A stretch of DNA of 32,000 bases from Candidatus Saccharimonadota bacterium (lineage in GTDB: Bacteria > Patescibacteriota > Microgenomatia > UBA1406 > GWC2-37-13), in assembly GCA_016700135.1 (NCBI GenBank), contig CP065004.1:1230001-1262000 (forward strand), in the 5' to 3' direction. This document shows positions 15,742-24,499 of this stretch, piece after piece. The translations under genes were made by a program, and so were the position numbers. Within the stretch, counting starts at the first letter, position 1. Each line of letters opens with the position of its first letter. Under the pieces are notes generated by a model. The model did no database searches and had not been told where the DNA came from. It worked only from the letters and a program-made list of their open reading frames with translations.

Positions 15742-17205
15742 TTACATGCGGTCAATAATCTTCTTAATCTCGACATCCAATTTATATACATCCCCCGCTC
15801 CCATCGTAAAAATAATATCACCTTGGGACATATGTCCCGATAAGTATTCCGTAAGATCTTCCTTTGAACCGAAAGCCTTAATAGTCGTAATACCTTTCTT
15901 CATTGCCAAATCAACCAAATCCTCTGATGTAATGTGCTGACCTTCTGCGTTTTCGCGGGCAGAGGAAAAAATCGGCAGCAATAATGCTTCATCAGCACGG
16001 CTTAAAACTTCCGCAAAAGCATCTGCAAACTGTTTCGTCCGCGTAAAGGTGTGCGGCTGAAAAATAACGATCATCCGCCGGTTCGGAAAACGGTTCTGAC
16101 AAGCCGTAATTGTCGCATCAATTTCGGCAGGGTGATGAGCATAATCATCAAACACATAGATGTCATTTTTAAAAAACTTTTCTTCAAAACGGCGTTTCGG
16201 ACCCTGATAATCCCTGATAACGGCTTTAATATCCTGTATCGGAAAGCCCAGATGAAGAAGAATCGCAATCACACCGGTGGTATTTGATACGTTTTTCTCT
16301 CCGAAAAGCGAAATAGATATTTCCGTATGTTTGATGTCGTATTGTTCGCTGTTCAGGACAAATATCGTTTCTTTTTCATCATTTGTGATATCAGAGTATG
16401 TCACGTCACACATTTCACTCGCTCCGTAAAAAATGTATGCACTCGGAGGCAGGTGAAAAGAAATATCTCTCAGACCTTCATCATCTCCGTTTAGAAACAA
16501 AACCGGAGGAATCGTATCTTTTTGAATGATTTTCTGCATGAACGCAGAAAATGCATCCTTTACTTCAGTAAATGATTTATAAATATCCGGGTGGTCGAAA
16601 TCAAGATTGGTCACAAGTGCGTAATCGGGATTCACCTTGTGGAATTTCGGTGTGATATCTTCAGGAGGATCAATTCCGTATTCATCAGCTTCAAACACAA
16701 AATAGTCTTTCCCTTTGAATTCTCCTCCGTAGGTAACGCCGAAAGATGAGACTCCGATCATATGACTCGAACTATGACTAAGTTTAGACAGTGCATATGC
16801 GAGCATTCCGGAAGTTGTCGTTTTACCGTGACATCCTGCAACGGCTATCGATTTCCGAAACTCTTTTATAAGCATCCCCAATAAATCTGCCTGATGCAGA
16901 ACAGTGATCCCGCGCTTGACTCCTTCCGCGACTTGAGGATTATTTTTTCCTCCGTGAGAGGCGGAATAAATGACATACTGCGTGTCGGCCGGCAACTGAG
17001 AAGCTTCAAATGAGGTTGTAACAGAAACTTCAGCTTGTTTGAGAGAAACGTCCGTAATAAACTCTTCGGCAACATCAGATCCTGAGACTGTCTTACCCAT
17101 CTGTTTCAGAATGCGGGCTAAGTTTGCCATCGCTACGCCTTTTATACCTACGAAGAAAATATGGTCGATTGTAGATAGCATAGGTATATTATAAGCGAAA
17201 AACAT
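15742..17205 (-). CDS. murC: UDP-N-acetylmuramate--L-alanine ligase
   Basis: N-terminal FFVGIKGVAMANLA dinucleotide-fold motif and the Mur ligase P-loop AVAGCHGKTTT. An alternative ATG lies at 17181. Confidence 0.85.
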   Translation of the reverse strand: MFFAYNIPMLSTIDHIFFVGIKGVAMANLARILKQMGKTVSGSDVAEEFITDVSLKQAEVSVTTSFEASQLPADTQYVIYSASHGGKNNPQVAEGVKRGITVLHQADLLGMLIKEFRKSIAVAGCHGKTTTSGMLAYALSKLSHSSSHMIGVSSFGVTYGGEFKGKDYFVFEADEYGIDPPEDITPKFHKVNPDYALVTNLDFDHPDIYKSFTEVKDAFSAFMQKIIQKDTIPPVLFLNGDDEGLRDISFHLPPSAYIFYGASEMCDVTYSDITNDEKETIFVLNSEQYDIKHTEISISLFGEKNVSNTTGVIAILLHLGFPIQDIKAVIRDYQGPKRRFEEKFFKNDIYVFDDYAHHPAEIDATITACQNRFPNRRMIVIFQPHTFTRTKQFADAFAEVLSRADEALLLPIFSSARENAEGQHITSEDLVDLAMKKGITTIKAFGSKEDLTEYLSGHMSQGDIIFTMGAGDVYKLDVEIKKIIDRM

Positions 17206-17216
17206 AAATAAACCAT

Positions 17217-17250
17217 GAAAAAGGGCTGCGTTCCCGAAAGAACGCAGCCC
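17217..17250 (-). terminator. Rho-independent terminator downstream of kup
   Basis: Perfect 11-bp GC-rich stem gggctgcgttc/gaacgcagccc (17223-17233 / 17240-17250) with a 6-nt loop, followed on the minus strand by TTTTT. A second 7-bp hairpin tcctcac/gtgagga lies at 17257-17276. Confidence 0.75.
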
Positions 17251-17293
17251 GCTTGATCCTCACGCCATTGTGAGGACGATGACTAGACATATT

Positions 17294-19144
17294 CTATTGT
17301 CCCATGCCTATCTGTAGGGCATGTTGACCGTTGCCGTTCAGACTGATCACAGGTTGGGTCTCGACAACCCAGGGGACCCGCGTGATTACGACGCCCTTGA
17401 GCGTCTGCAGCCGTTCCATCAGCGCTGCACCGTTCGGGTGAAGAAGCGGTGTATCTCCGTGGACAACTGACTGTCCGAGAAAAATCCACACCATTCCTTC
17501 GCTGTTCTCCTGGATTGACCTGACATACTCAACTGCAGGATGCAGAAGGTCTCCGCTTGGTGAGTCGATGATCTCGACAGACTCGCCGATCTCGGCCAGG
17601 TAGTGCTCAAGTAACTCTACCCGTTCAGGACGAGTTGCAATATGGACAAGCTTGTACGGAGCATTGAGAGCTTTTGCAGCTCCGATCAAAAGCTTTGTAC
17701 CACAGTGCGCATACTCGTCTATGAAGACGATGACCGACGATACATCCGTGTTGAACGTCTGAGTGACGGTAAACGGAACCTTCTTCGCGCGAAGTAACTC
17801 TCTGTTGTGGAAGTAGTACCATTCCATTCCGGCGGTGCCGAGAAAGGCAATGGTGAGCGGAATCCAGCCGCCGTGTGCAAACTTGACCAGATTCGCTCCG
17901 AAGAACGTCAGATCAATCAACACAAAGACGACAAGAAACACGCGTGCATGCCACAACTGCCAACCTTTGACCTGCACCAAAGTGTGGTACCACAGCCATG
18001 TAGTGATGGCCATGGTGCCGGTGACGGCGATGCCATAAGCGGCAGCAAGTCCGGAACTGGACTGGAAAAAAAGAACCAAAGCAATGCACCCCATCAGCAG
18101 AATCTTGTTGACGGTAGGCACATAAATCTGCCCGTGGTTCTTTACTGAGGTGCTCACGATCTCGATCGCGGGAAGCGCATGAAGATCAATGAGCTGACGG
18201 GTGAGTGAATACGCACCCGTGATCAAAGCCTGGGAGGCAATGATCGTGGCCAGTGTTGCGAGGAGGACAAGAGGCAGCTGGAACCAAGAAGGTGCCAGGC
18301 TGTAAAAAGGGTGCTCTGCCATCTCCGGGTTGGTGATGACAAGTGCGGCCTGCCTAAAGTAGTTCAAAACAAGCGAAGGAAGCGCGAAGCTTAGCCATCC
18401 GAGACGCACAGGTAGTGCTCCGAAGTGGCCCATGTCGGCATATAGTGCTTCACCGCCGGTAACTACAAGGACGACTGCCCCAAGGGTCAGAAATCCGATG
18501 ACCCCGTTGTGAACAAAGAACTGTACGGCATACACCGGATTTACCGCTGCAAGTACTTGCGGATACAGGAGAATTCCGAAAAATCCCAGAATTCCCATTG
18601 TCAGGAACCAGCAGATCATGACCGGACCGAAGGTATTCCCAACAAGCTGCGTCCCATACCGCTGGACACTGAACAACCCAACAAGGATCAGAACCGTGAT
18701 CGGTATGACTAAGCGGTCAGCAGCAGGCGCAACTACTTTCAGACCTTCAACCGCTGAGAGCACGCTTATTGCCGGAGTTATCATGCCGTCTCCGTACAGG
18801 AGAGCGACACCGAAAACTCCGAGAACAATGTGTATGGGATGGACCTGTTTTTTCACGAGACCGATAAGGGCGGTGATACCTCCCTCACCGTGATGGTCAG
18901 TGTTTAGCAGGAAAATCACATACTTGATTGTTACAACTACGATCAGGCTCCAGAACATGAGACTTACAATCCCCATCACATTCTCCCGCGTGGGAGCGAT
19001 GTAATGGAACGCCTCCTTAAGGGCGTACAGGGGGCTCGTACCGATATCCCCATACACCACACCGAGTGCTGCCAGTGTCAACAATAAAGTTGAACTGATA
19101 GTAGGGGCGGCGTCACGGGACTTCGTTACGTGTGAGTACGGCAT
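17294..19144 (-). CDS. kup: KUP/HAK/KT-family potassium uptake protein
   Basis: 616 aa. GDIGTSPLY signature near the N-terminus, about 12 hydrophobic segments, then a soluble C-terminal domain. Strong SD gagaggag lies 4 nt upstream of the ATG. Confidence 0.9.
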   Translation of the reverse strand: MPYSHVTKSRDAAPTISSTLLLTLAALGVVYGDIGTSPLYALKEAFHYIAPTRENVMGIVSLMFWSLIVVVTIKYVIFLLNTDHHGEGGITALIGLVKKQVHPIHIVLGVFGVALLYGDGMITPAISVLSAVEGLKVVAPAADRLVIPITVLILVGLFSVQRYGTQLVGNTFGPVMICWFLTMGILGFFGILLYPQVLAAVNPVYAVQFFVHNGVIGFLTLGAVVLVVTGGEALYADMGHFGALPVRLGWLSFALPSLVLNYFRQAALVITNPEMAEHPFYSLAPSWFQLPLVLLATLATIIASQALITGAYSLTRQLIDLHALPAIEIVSTSVKNHGQIYVPTVNKILLMGCIALVLFFQSSSGLAAAYGIAVTGTMAITTWLWYHTLVQVKGWQLWHARVFLVVFVLIDLTFFGANLVKFAHGGWIPLTIAFLGTAGMEWYYFHNRELLRAKKVPFTVTQTFNTDVSSVIVFIDEYAHCGTKLLIGAAKALNAPYKLVHIATRPERVELLEHYLAEIGESVEIIDSPSGDLLHPAVEYVRSIQENSEGMVWIFLGQSVVHGDTPLLHPNGAALMERLQTLKGVVITRVPWVVETQPVISLNGNGQHALQIGMGQ

Positions 19145-19667
19145 CCGACTCCTCTCTTTCTAGGAACGAGAACAAAATCACGAATTGATACACTCCAATG
19201 TAAGCTTTAGATGAGAATTATGTAAGAACAAATTACCGAATAAAAAGGAGAGTCTCATCTATATAGGTTTTTGCATTAAAGCACAGGGAGAAAAACAGAA
19301 ATTGTTCAATTCCTCTCTCTATGTTTTATCAGTTCTGAAAAACACTAAAACCCACATCGGAGTTTACCAAATAGTATCTAGTCATTTCGGCTGTGGATAA
19401 CAGTCCGAGTGTAAAAGTGCCAAACCCGATTATCCGTTTCGGGAACTTTACAACAGGACTTAGCCTTTAAATCCCTGTAAAGAATGCACTGACTTACTTC
19501 AGAAAATGCTTATATTTCTGATAGTTGTGCCAACATCATTTAATCACTATATATTATACTATAAGATAGAATATTATCCTATCAATTGAGTTGAGAATAA
19601 AATTCTACCAGATAGCGTTTTGAAAAGCGAAAAAACTTAACAATATAAATGAAATGTACGCAGACAG

Positions 19668-20381
19668 CTACTGAAGTTCTATGAAGGAGACCATTTCACC
19701 TATAATGCCCTGATCACGCTTATTGGAAAAAAACTCGGTGTCATCGCAGGAAGTGCATAAATCAGATACGTCAATATTGTTACGGCTTAGACCGGCATTC
19801 AGTAATGTCAGGACGTTTGCTTTTTTCAAGTCAAGATACACGGCGCTCTTCTGCTTTTTGAACACTGTGTCACCGAATAATGACTGAAACAAACGTAGCC
19901 GTTCACCGTATATATCGTAGCAACAGGAATCTATAGCAGGACCGATTACTGCCACTATATCTTTCTGTTTTGACCCCATTTTGATCATATCGTCAATAAC
20001 TCTTTGACCGATTTTTTCCAACGTCCCTTTCCACCCTCCGTGAGATATACCAATGATGTTACCAACAGGATCAAAATACACAATCGGTACACAGTCCGCA
20101 GTAACAACTGTTAGAACAATGCCTTGTTGATTCGTTACCACGGCATCAATATTTTCTGGTTTGTAAATCACTTCACTAACAGGGCTTGTAATAACAGAGA
20201 CATTGTTCGAGTGAGTTTGGGACGGGATAACTATAGACGAATAATCAGTATCTTCGTTGTTTAACAACGTTTGAATAACATCGATGTCCCGACCGTCCCC
20301 TGTTTTCTTTGTTCCAAAACCATGCGGAGTTTGTAATAGTGAAGATTTATATACGGAAATGCTTTGGTCAAGAAGAAACAT
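19668..20381 (-). CDS. pgeF: YfiH/PgeF (DUF152, laccase-domain) family protein
   Basis: 237 aa with PSQTHSNNV, ADCVPI and SHGGWKG motifs in the order typical of YfiH/PgeF. Confidence 0.8.
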   Translation of the reverse strand: MFLLDQSISVYKSSLLQTPHGFGTKKTGDGRDIDVIQTLLNNEDTDYSSIVIPSQTHSNNVSVITSPVSEVIYKPENIDAVVTNQQGIVLTVVTADCVPIVYFDPVGNIIGISHGGWKGTLEKIGQRVIDDMIKMGSKQKDIVAVIGPAIDSCCYDIYGERLRLFQSLFGDTVFKKQKSAVYLDLKKANVLTLLNAGLSRNNIDVSDLCTSCDDTEFFSNKRDQGIIGEMVSFIELQ

Positions 20382-20407
20382 AGTTCTTAAATAAGCGAAA
20401 ATAGAAA

Positions 20408-20475
20408 TTTTTTTGCGACTTGGGAGGTGCGCAGTCTAATGCTTTCGGACGAGCACGCCCACTGAGCATAGTAAA
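20408..20475 (+). repeat. Module-2-only hairpin element, copy C, between murE and pgeF
   Basis: T7-gcgacttgggaggtgcgcag is identical to copies A and B over 20 nt. The second arm cggacgagcacgcccactgagcata carries two changes and the loop sequence differs. Confidence 0.8.
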
Positions 20476-20504
20476 TTTCTATTGAGCGGATAACAGCTAG
20501 ATTT

Positions 20505-21731
20505 TTATATTTTTTTTACAAGATCCAGCACTGCCTCTTTATCATGCCAGGGATACTCGACTGTACCTCGACAAAGACTTCTCTCATGTCCTTTTCCCGT
20601 CAAAACAATGACATCTCCAGACCTGGCAATATCCAACGCTCTTTTTATCGCATCTTTCCTGTTCACGATAGAAGTATATGTCTTAACCTGTTTGCCGAAT
20701 TCCTCCGATTTGACTACGGTGAATCCTTCCTTTTTAAGTCCGACAGCAATTTCGCGTGCAATTTTTTCAGGGTCCTCAGTACGATAATCTTCTTCAGTAA
20801 TAATCGTCAAATCTGCATATTTCCCGCTTTCCTGCCCCATCAAGGGCCTTTTTGCGTCATCTCTGAAAGCCGCAGCTCCGAAAATATGAATAAGTCTCCC
20901 TTTCTTCACACATTCAGCCCGGACACTGGGCAACGCCTCATGAAGTGCATTGGGAGTATGGGCAAAATCGACAATGACTTTGAAATCTCCGTCATACACG
21001 ACTTCCATACGGCCTTCGGGAAGGACATATGATTTCATGGCATTGAAAATAACATCTTCAGCAAGTCCGATACTCGAACAGACGGCATAAGCCGCCAAAA
21101 AGTTGTAGAGATTGAAATGAGCAAGCGGCTTTCCGATTTTCTCCGATATATCAAACTGATAATCGGATTTCTCCAGGAGTCCGTATGTTTTTGTTTTCGA
21201 CTGATCGACAATTCCTGCAAGGATCTCATACGACCTGTCGTCACGGTTGATAAAAGCATGTTTCGCCCACTTCAAGAGTTTTGCTTTCGCATGCACATAA
21301 TTTTCATAGGTTTTGTGATACTGGAGATGTTCATGTGTCACATTCGTGATCACGCCGTAGGTAAAATCAACACCGTAAACACGGTACTGATCAAGCGCGT
21401 GTGATGTCGTTTCTAATACAAAGTATTCATCTCCTTCTTTCACGGCATCATGAAGAAATTTCTGGACGGTAAACGGTGACGGGGTGGTGGTATGAAAACC
21501 GGTATCATATGATTTTCCTCCGATCACGGCAGAGACCGTCGTAATTACCGAAACTTTCTTCCCGGCGGATTTCAAAATATGATATATCAAAGATGACGTG
21601 GTAGTTTTGCCGTCTGTGCCTGTCACACCGATTACGGTAAGCCTGTTGCTGGGAGCCCCGTAATAAGTATTCGCAAGAATTGCTTTGAGGAGATGAAATT
21701 GGTTTTTGAGTTTTTGAACGTAAAAATCCAT
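20505..21731 (-). CDS. murE: MurE-like Mur ligase, short form lacking most of the N-terminal UDP-binding domain
   Basis: P-loop GVTGTDGKTTT begins at about residue 35. DFAHTPNAL resembles the MurE DYAHTPDAL motif. Located directly downstream of ftsI as in canonical dcw clusters. 408 aa. Confidence 0.7.
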   Translation of the reverse strand: MDFYVQKLKNQFHLLKAILANTYYGAPSNRLTVIGVTGTDGKTTTSSLIYHILKSAGKKVSVITTVSAVIGGKSYDTGFHTTTPSPFTVQKFLHDAVKEGDEYFVLETTSHALDQYRVYGVDFTYGVITNVTHEHLQYHKTYENYVHAKAKLLKWAKHAFINRDDRSYEILAGIVDQSKTKTYGLLEKSDYQFDISEKIGKPLAHFNLYNFLAAYAVCSSIGLAEDVIFNAMKSYVLPEGRMEVVYDGDFKVIVDFAHTPNALHEALPSVRAECVKKGRLIHIFGAAAFRDDAKRPLMGQESGKYADLTIITEEDYRTEDPEKIAREIAVGLKKEGFTVVKSEEFGKQVKTYTSIVNRKDAIKRALDIARSGDVIVLTGKGHERSLCRGTVEYPWHDKEAVLDLVKKI

Positions 21732-21742
21732 AAGTATTTTAA

Positions 21743-23401
21743 TTACTGCGGTGCTACATTGTAATAAATCAGCAAATCTTCGGCAATATCAAAAAAAAGC
21801 GGAGCAGCCGTCTCCGACCCCCAACTTGATGACTCAGGTTCCTGAATCACGACCAGCATCAGAAATGCCGGATCGTCAGCCGGGGCAAAACCGATAAACG
21901 ATGCAATCGTTTTTGAAGCGTCATACGTCCCCTGAACTGCGACTTGAGCCGTACCGGTTTTCCCTCCGAATGTAAATCCTTCCGGAATATTCCATTTCGC
22001 TTCCGCATGGTTGACCGTTGAGACAAGCATCTTCCGCATTGTAGCAGATGTCTTTTCACTTAATACGCGTTTCTGTATCACAGGTTCTCTGGTTTTTGTC
22101 TGCCCGTCTTCGATGACCTCCTTAACAACATACGGACGCATCAGATAACCCCCGTTTATCACTGAGGCAAAAGCCCGGACAAGCTGCATGCCGGTCACGG
22201 AGATTCCCTGCCCGAATGACATAGTTGCAGCATCGATCGGATACCAGCTGTCAAGGGTCTTCACCTGTCCCGTCGCTTCGCCCTGCAAATCAATCTGTGT
22301 GTAGTCTCCGAAACCGTATTTGTCGGTAATGTATTTGTGCAGTAGTTCATTTCCGAGTTGTTTACCGATATAGACCATACCGATATTTGAAGATTTTTCC
22401 AACACATGTGTCATTGTGATTTTGCCTTCATATTTATCGTTCCAGTTTCTTATGGTATATCCTCCTATTGTGACTGCGCTATCTTCATCAAACATCTGAT
22501 CAGGTTTTACTTTCCCCTCTTCTATCGCAGCTGCCATTACCAGCGGTTTAAAGGTCGAGCCGGGTTCGTAGGTACTTGAAATCGTCCAGTTCACAAAATC
22601 CCGCTCGGAAAAATCAAAGTACTCTTCGGGATCAAAATCAGGCAGACAACTCAATCCGAGAACTTCCATTGTTTGCGGCTTTACAGCTATCGCACAACCT
22701 GATTTTGCTTTGTATTTTTCGACACCGTCTTTTAAATGCTGCTTTATGATGTGCTGCACCGATTTATCTATGGTAAGAATGATATCCCGACCGTTATTAG
22801 CCTCTACGCGCTCCTGACTTCCCAAAAATATCGGACGGTTCATCATATCCCGTTCTGATTTCAACACTCCCGGCAATCCGGCAAGATCTTTATCGTAATA
22901 CCCTTCGACACCGAAATACCCGACGGATTCGCCGTCAGAATCTTTTCCCAAAAATCCGGTCAGATGTGCTGCCAGTGATGCTTCGGGATAAAACCGTTCC
23001 TCTTCCTCCTGAAAACCGACCGCTTCAAGACTGAGTCCTTCAATTTTTTGCTTTGTCTCCTTGTCTATACTACCTTTCACTGCAACCCAGTTTTTATCCA
23101 TTTTGATACGGGCCGATATGGTCGCTTCTCCCATTTGCAGGATATCATCAAGAACCTTGACGACATAGTCCTTGTTTGAAACAAGTTTCGGTTCTACATA
23201 TAAGAGATACTTCGTTTGATTCACGGCAAGCGGTTCATGATTGCGGTCAAGGATTCGCCCCCGTTCGGGACTGATTTTTTTCGTTGTTGTGTAATCAGCC
23301 GAATAGTAAGTAGGTGCAATTATTTGAAGAAAGAAAAGTCTGACAATGATAGTAAGAAGAACAAGACTGAAAAAACCAAAAATGATGCGGAGCCTATTCA
23401 T
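21743..23401 (-). CDS. ftsI: Class B penicillin-binding protein / transpeptidase
   Basis: N-terminal TM followed by STFK (SxxK), SSN (SxN) and KTGT motifs in order. Confidence 0.85.
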   Translation of the reverse strand: MNRLRIIFGFFSLVLLTIIVRLFFLQIIAPTYYSADYTTTKKISPERGRILDRNHEPLAVNQTKYLLYVEPKLVSNKDYVVKVLDDILQMGEATISARIKMDKNWVAVKGSIDKETKQKIEGLSLEAVGFQEEEERFYPEASLAAHLTGFLGKDSDGESVGYFGVEGYYDKDLAGLPGVLKSERDMMNRPIFLGSQERVEANNGRDIILTIDKSVQHIIKQHLKDGVEKYKAKSGCAIAVKPQTMEVLGLSCLPDFDPEEYFDFSERDFVNWTISSTYEPGSTFKPLVMAAAIEEGKVKPDQMFDEDSAVTIGGYTIRNWNDKYEGKITMTHVLEKSSNIGMVYIGKQLGNELLHKYITDKYGFGDYTQIDLQGEATGQVKTLDSWYPIDAATMSFGQGISVTGMQLVRAFASVINGGYLMRPYVVKEVIEDGQTKTREPVIQKRVLSEKTSATMRKMLVSTVNHAEAKWNIPEGFTFGGKTGTAQVAVQGTYDASKTIASFIGFAPADDPAFLMLVVIQEPESSSWGSETAAPLFFDIAEDLLIYYNVAPQ

Positions 23402-23403
23402 AT

Positions 23404-23679
23404 TTACTTGTTGAGAGCATACTGAGGCAGCTCACTGTATATGGGATCATTATACTTCCCATAATCTAGTTCTGCAGCAAGTGATGCAGTCAAAGTGTAG
23501 GATTCCATTTTGTAAATCTTTTGTTCGTAGTCTACATTCTGCTGTCTGAGAGAGGACAACTCCTTTTCATAATAGTGAATTTCGTTACTGAGTGAAATTC
23601 CCTTCACGAAAATCGCAATATTAATCCCGACAAGAAGAATGATTAAACCAAGAATAAAAGAATTAAAAGACAATTTCAT
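23404..23679 (-). CDS. ftsL: FtsL-like small bitopic division protein
   Basis: 91 aa with one TM (FILGLIILLVGINIAIFV) followed by a coiled-coil-like segment. It sits between rsmH and ftsI, and its ATG overlaps the rsmH stop by 4 nt. Confidence 0.6.
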   Translation of the reverse strand: MKLSFNSFILGLIILLVGINIAIFVKGISLSNEIHYYEKELSSLRQQNVDYEQKIYKMESYTLTASLAAELDYGKYNDPIYSELPQYALNK

Positions 23680-24497
23680 ATTTTTTCAATAACCCTGAGA
23701 GTTGCTGATCTCTCAAATGTTTGTAACTTCCTGTTCTTCTGAACAGGTATCCTCTGTTGTTTGAATCCTTTTGATCTCACAAACGCTTTTACAACCCGGT
23801 CTTCTATTGAGTGAAAAGAGATAATCACGATCCTTCCGCCATCTTCCAAAATCTCGTATGCACCTTCCAGCCCTCGTCTGATCTGTGTCAGTTCATCATT
23901 GACGATTATCCGGACTGCCTGAAAAATCCGAGCATATGTTTTTTCGAGTGCCCTTCCGTGCAGACCCGTCGCATCATCAATGATTTTTTTCAGATCTCCT
24001 ACCGTTTCAATTTGTTTTTCCGACCGATACCGCACAATTCTGTGTGCAATCCGGTTTGATATCAGGTCTTCAGAGTACTTTGTTATATCTTCTACAAGCT
24101 GCTCGGGTAAAGCTGAATTCAGGTATTCCGCGGCCGTTTGACCGTTTTCACCCAGTCTCATATCAAGCGGCTCATCATTATTCTTATATGACAAACCTTT
24201 TCCTCCCGTTTTGAGCTGCACCATAGAAAGACCGAAATCAAAAAGGATCCCTGCAACGGGTATAAAACCATGTTCTTCAGCTATTTGACGGATATCTCCG
24301 TAATTTCCGTTAACGACCTTAATCTCTTTTTCCTTTGTTGCCTGGACTTTATCCGCATCAATACCGAGCACGATTCCCCCTTTTGATTGAATCTGTCGGG
24401 CATGACCTCCTTCTCCGAATGTGGCATCGATATACTTTTTTCCTTTCTCGACATTTAGAGCTTCAACTGCTTCTTCTAGAAAAACACTGGTATGCAT
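23676..24497 (-). CDS. rsmH: 16S rRNA (cytosine1402-N4)-methyltransferase
   Basis: DATFGEGGHA SAM-binding motif, 273 aa, immediately downstream of mraZ. Confidence 0.9.
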   Translation of the reverse strand: MHTSVFLEEAVEALNVEKGKKYIDATFGEGGHARQIQSKGGIVLGIDADKVQATKEKEIKVVNGNYGDIRQIAEEHGFIPVAGILFDFGLSMVQLKTGGKGLSYKNNDEPLDMRLGENGQTAAEYLNSALPEQLVEDITKYSEDLISNRIAHRIVRYRSEKQIETVGDLKKIIDDATGLHGRALEKTYARIFQAVRIIVNDELTQIRRGLEGAYEILEDGGRIVIISFHSIEDRVVKAFVRSKGFKQQRIPVQKNRKLQTFERSATLRVIEKI

Positions 24498-24499
24498 AA

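Noticed and set aside
19145-19667. A c-di-AMP (ydaO-type) riboswitch upstream of kup
   Set aside because: I could not find the conserved ydaO blocks on the minus strand as I remember them (GGGGACCCA, ACCCGAACCCGUCAGCUAACC-like). Only generic short helices are visible. The region is kept as a low-interest finding to be tested with a covariance model.
1-20475. The five hairpin elements as a CRISPR array or integron attC sites
   Set aside because: The copies are kilobases apart, not regularly spaced, and not separated by short spacers. No cas or intI genes are present. The genes between them are core housekeeping genes (pcrA, murA/B/C/E), not cassettes. A GCTTAAC match to the attC R'' consensus in copy B is not repeated in the other copies.
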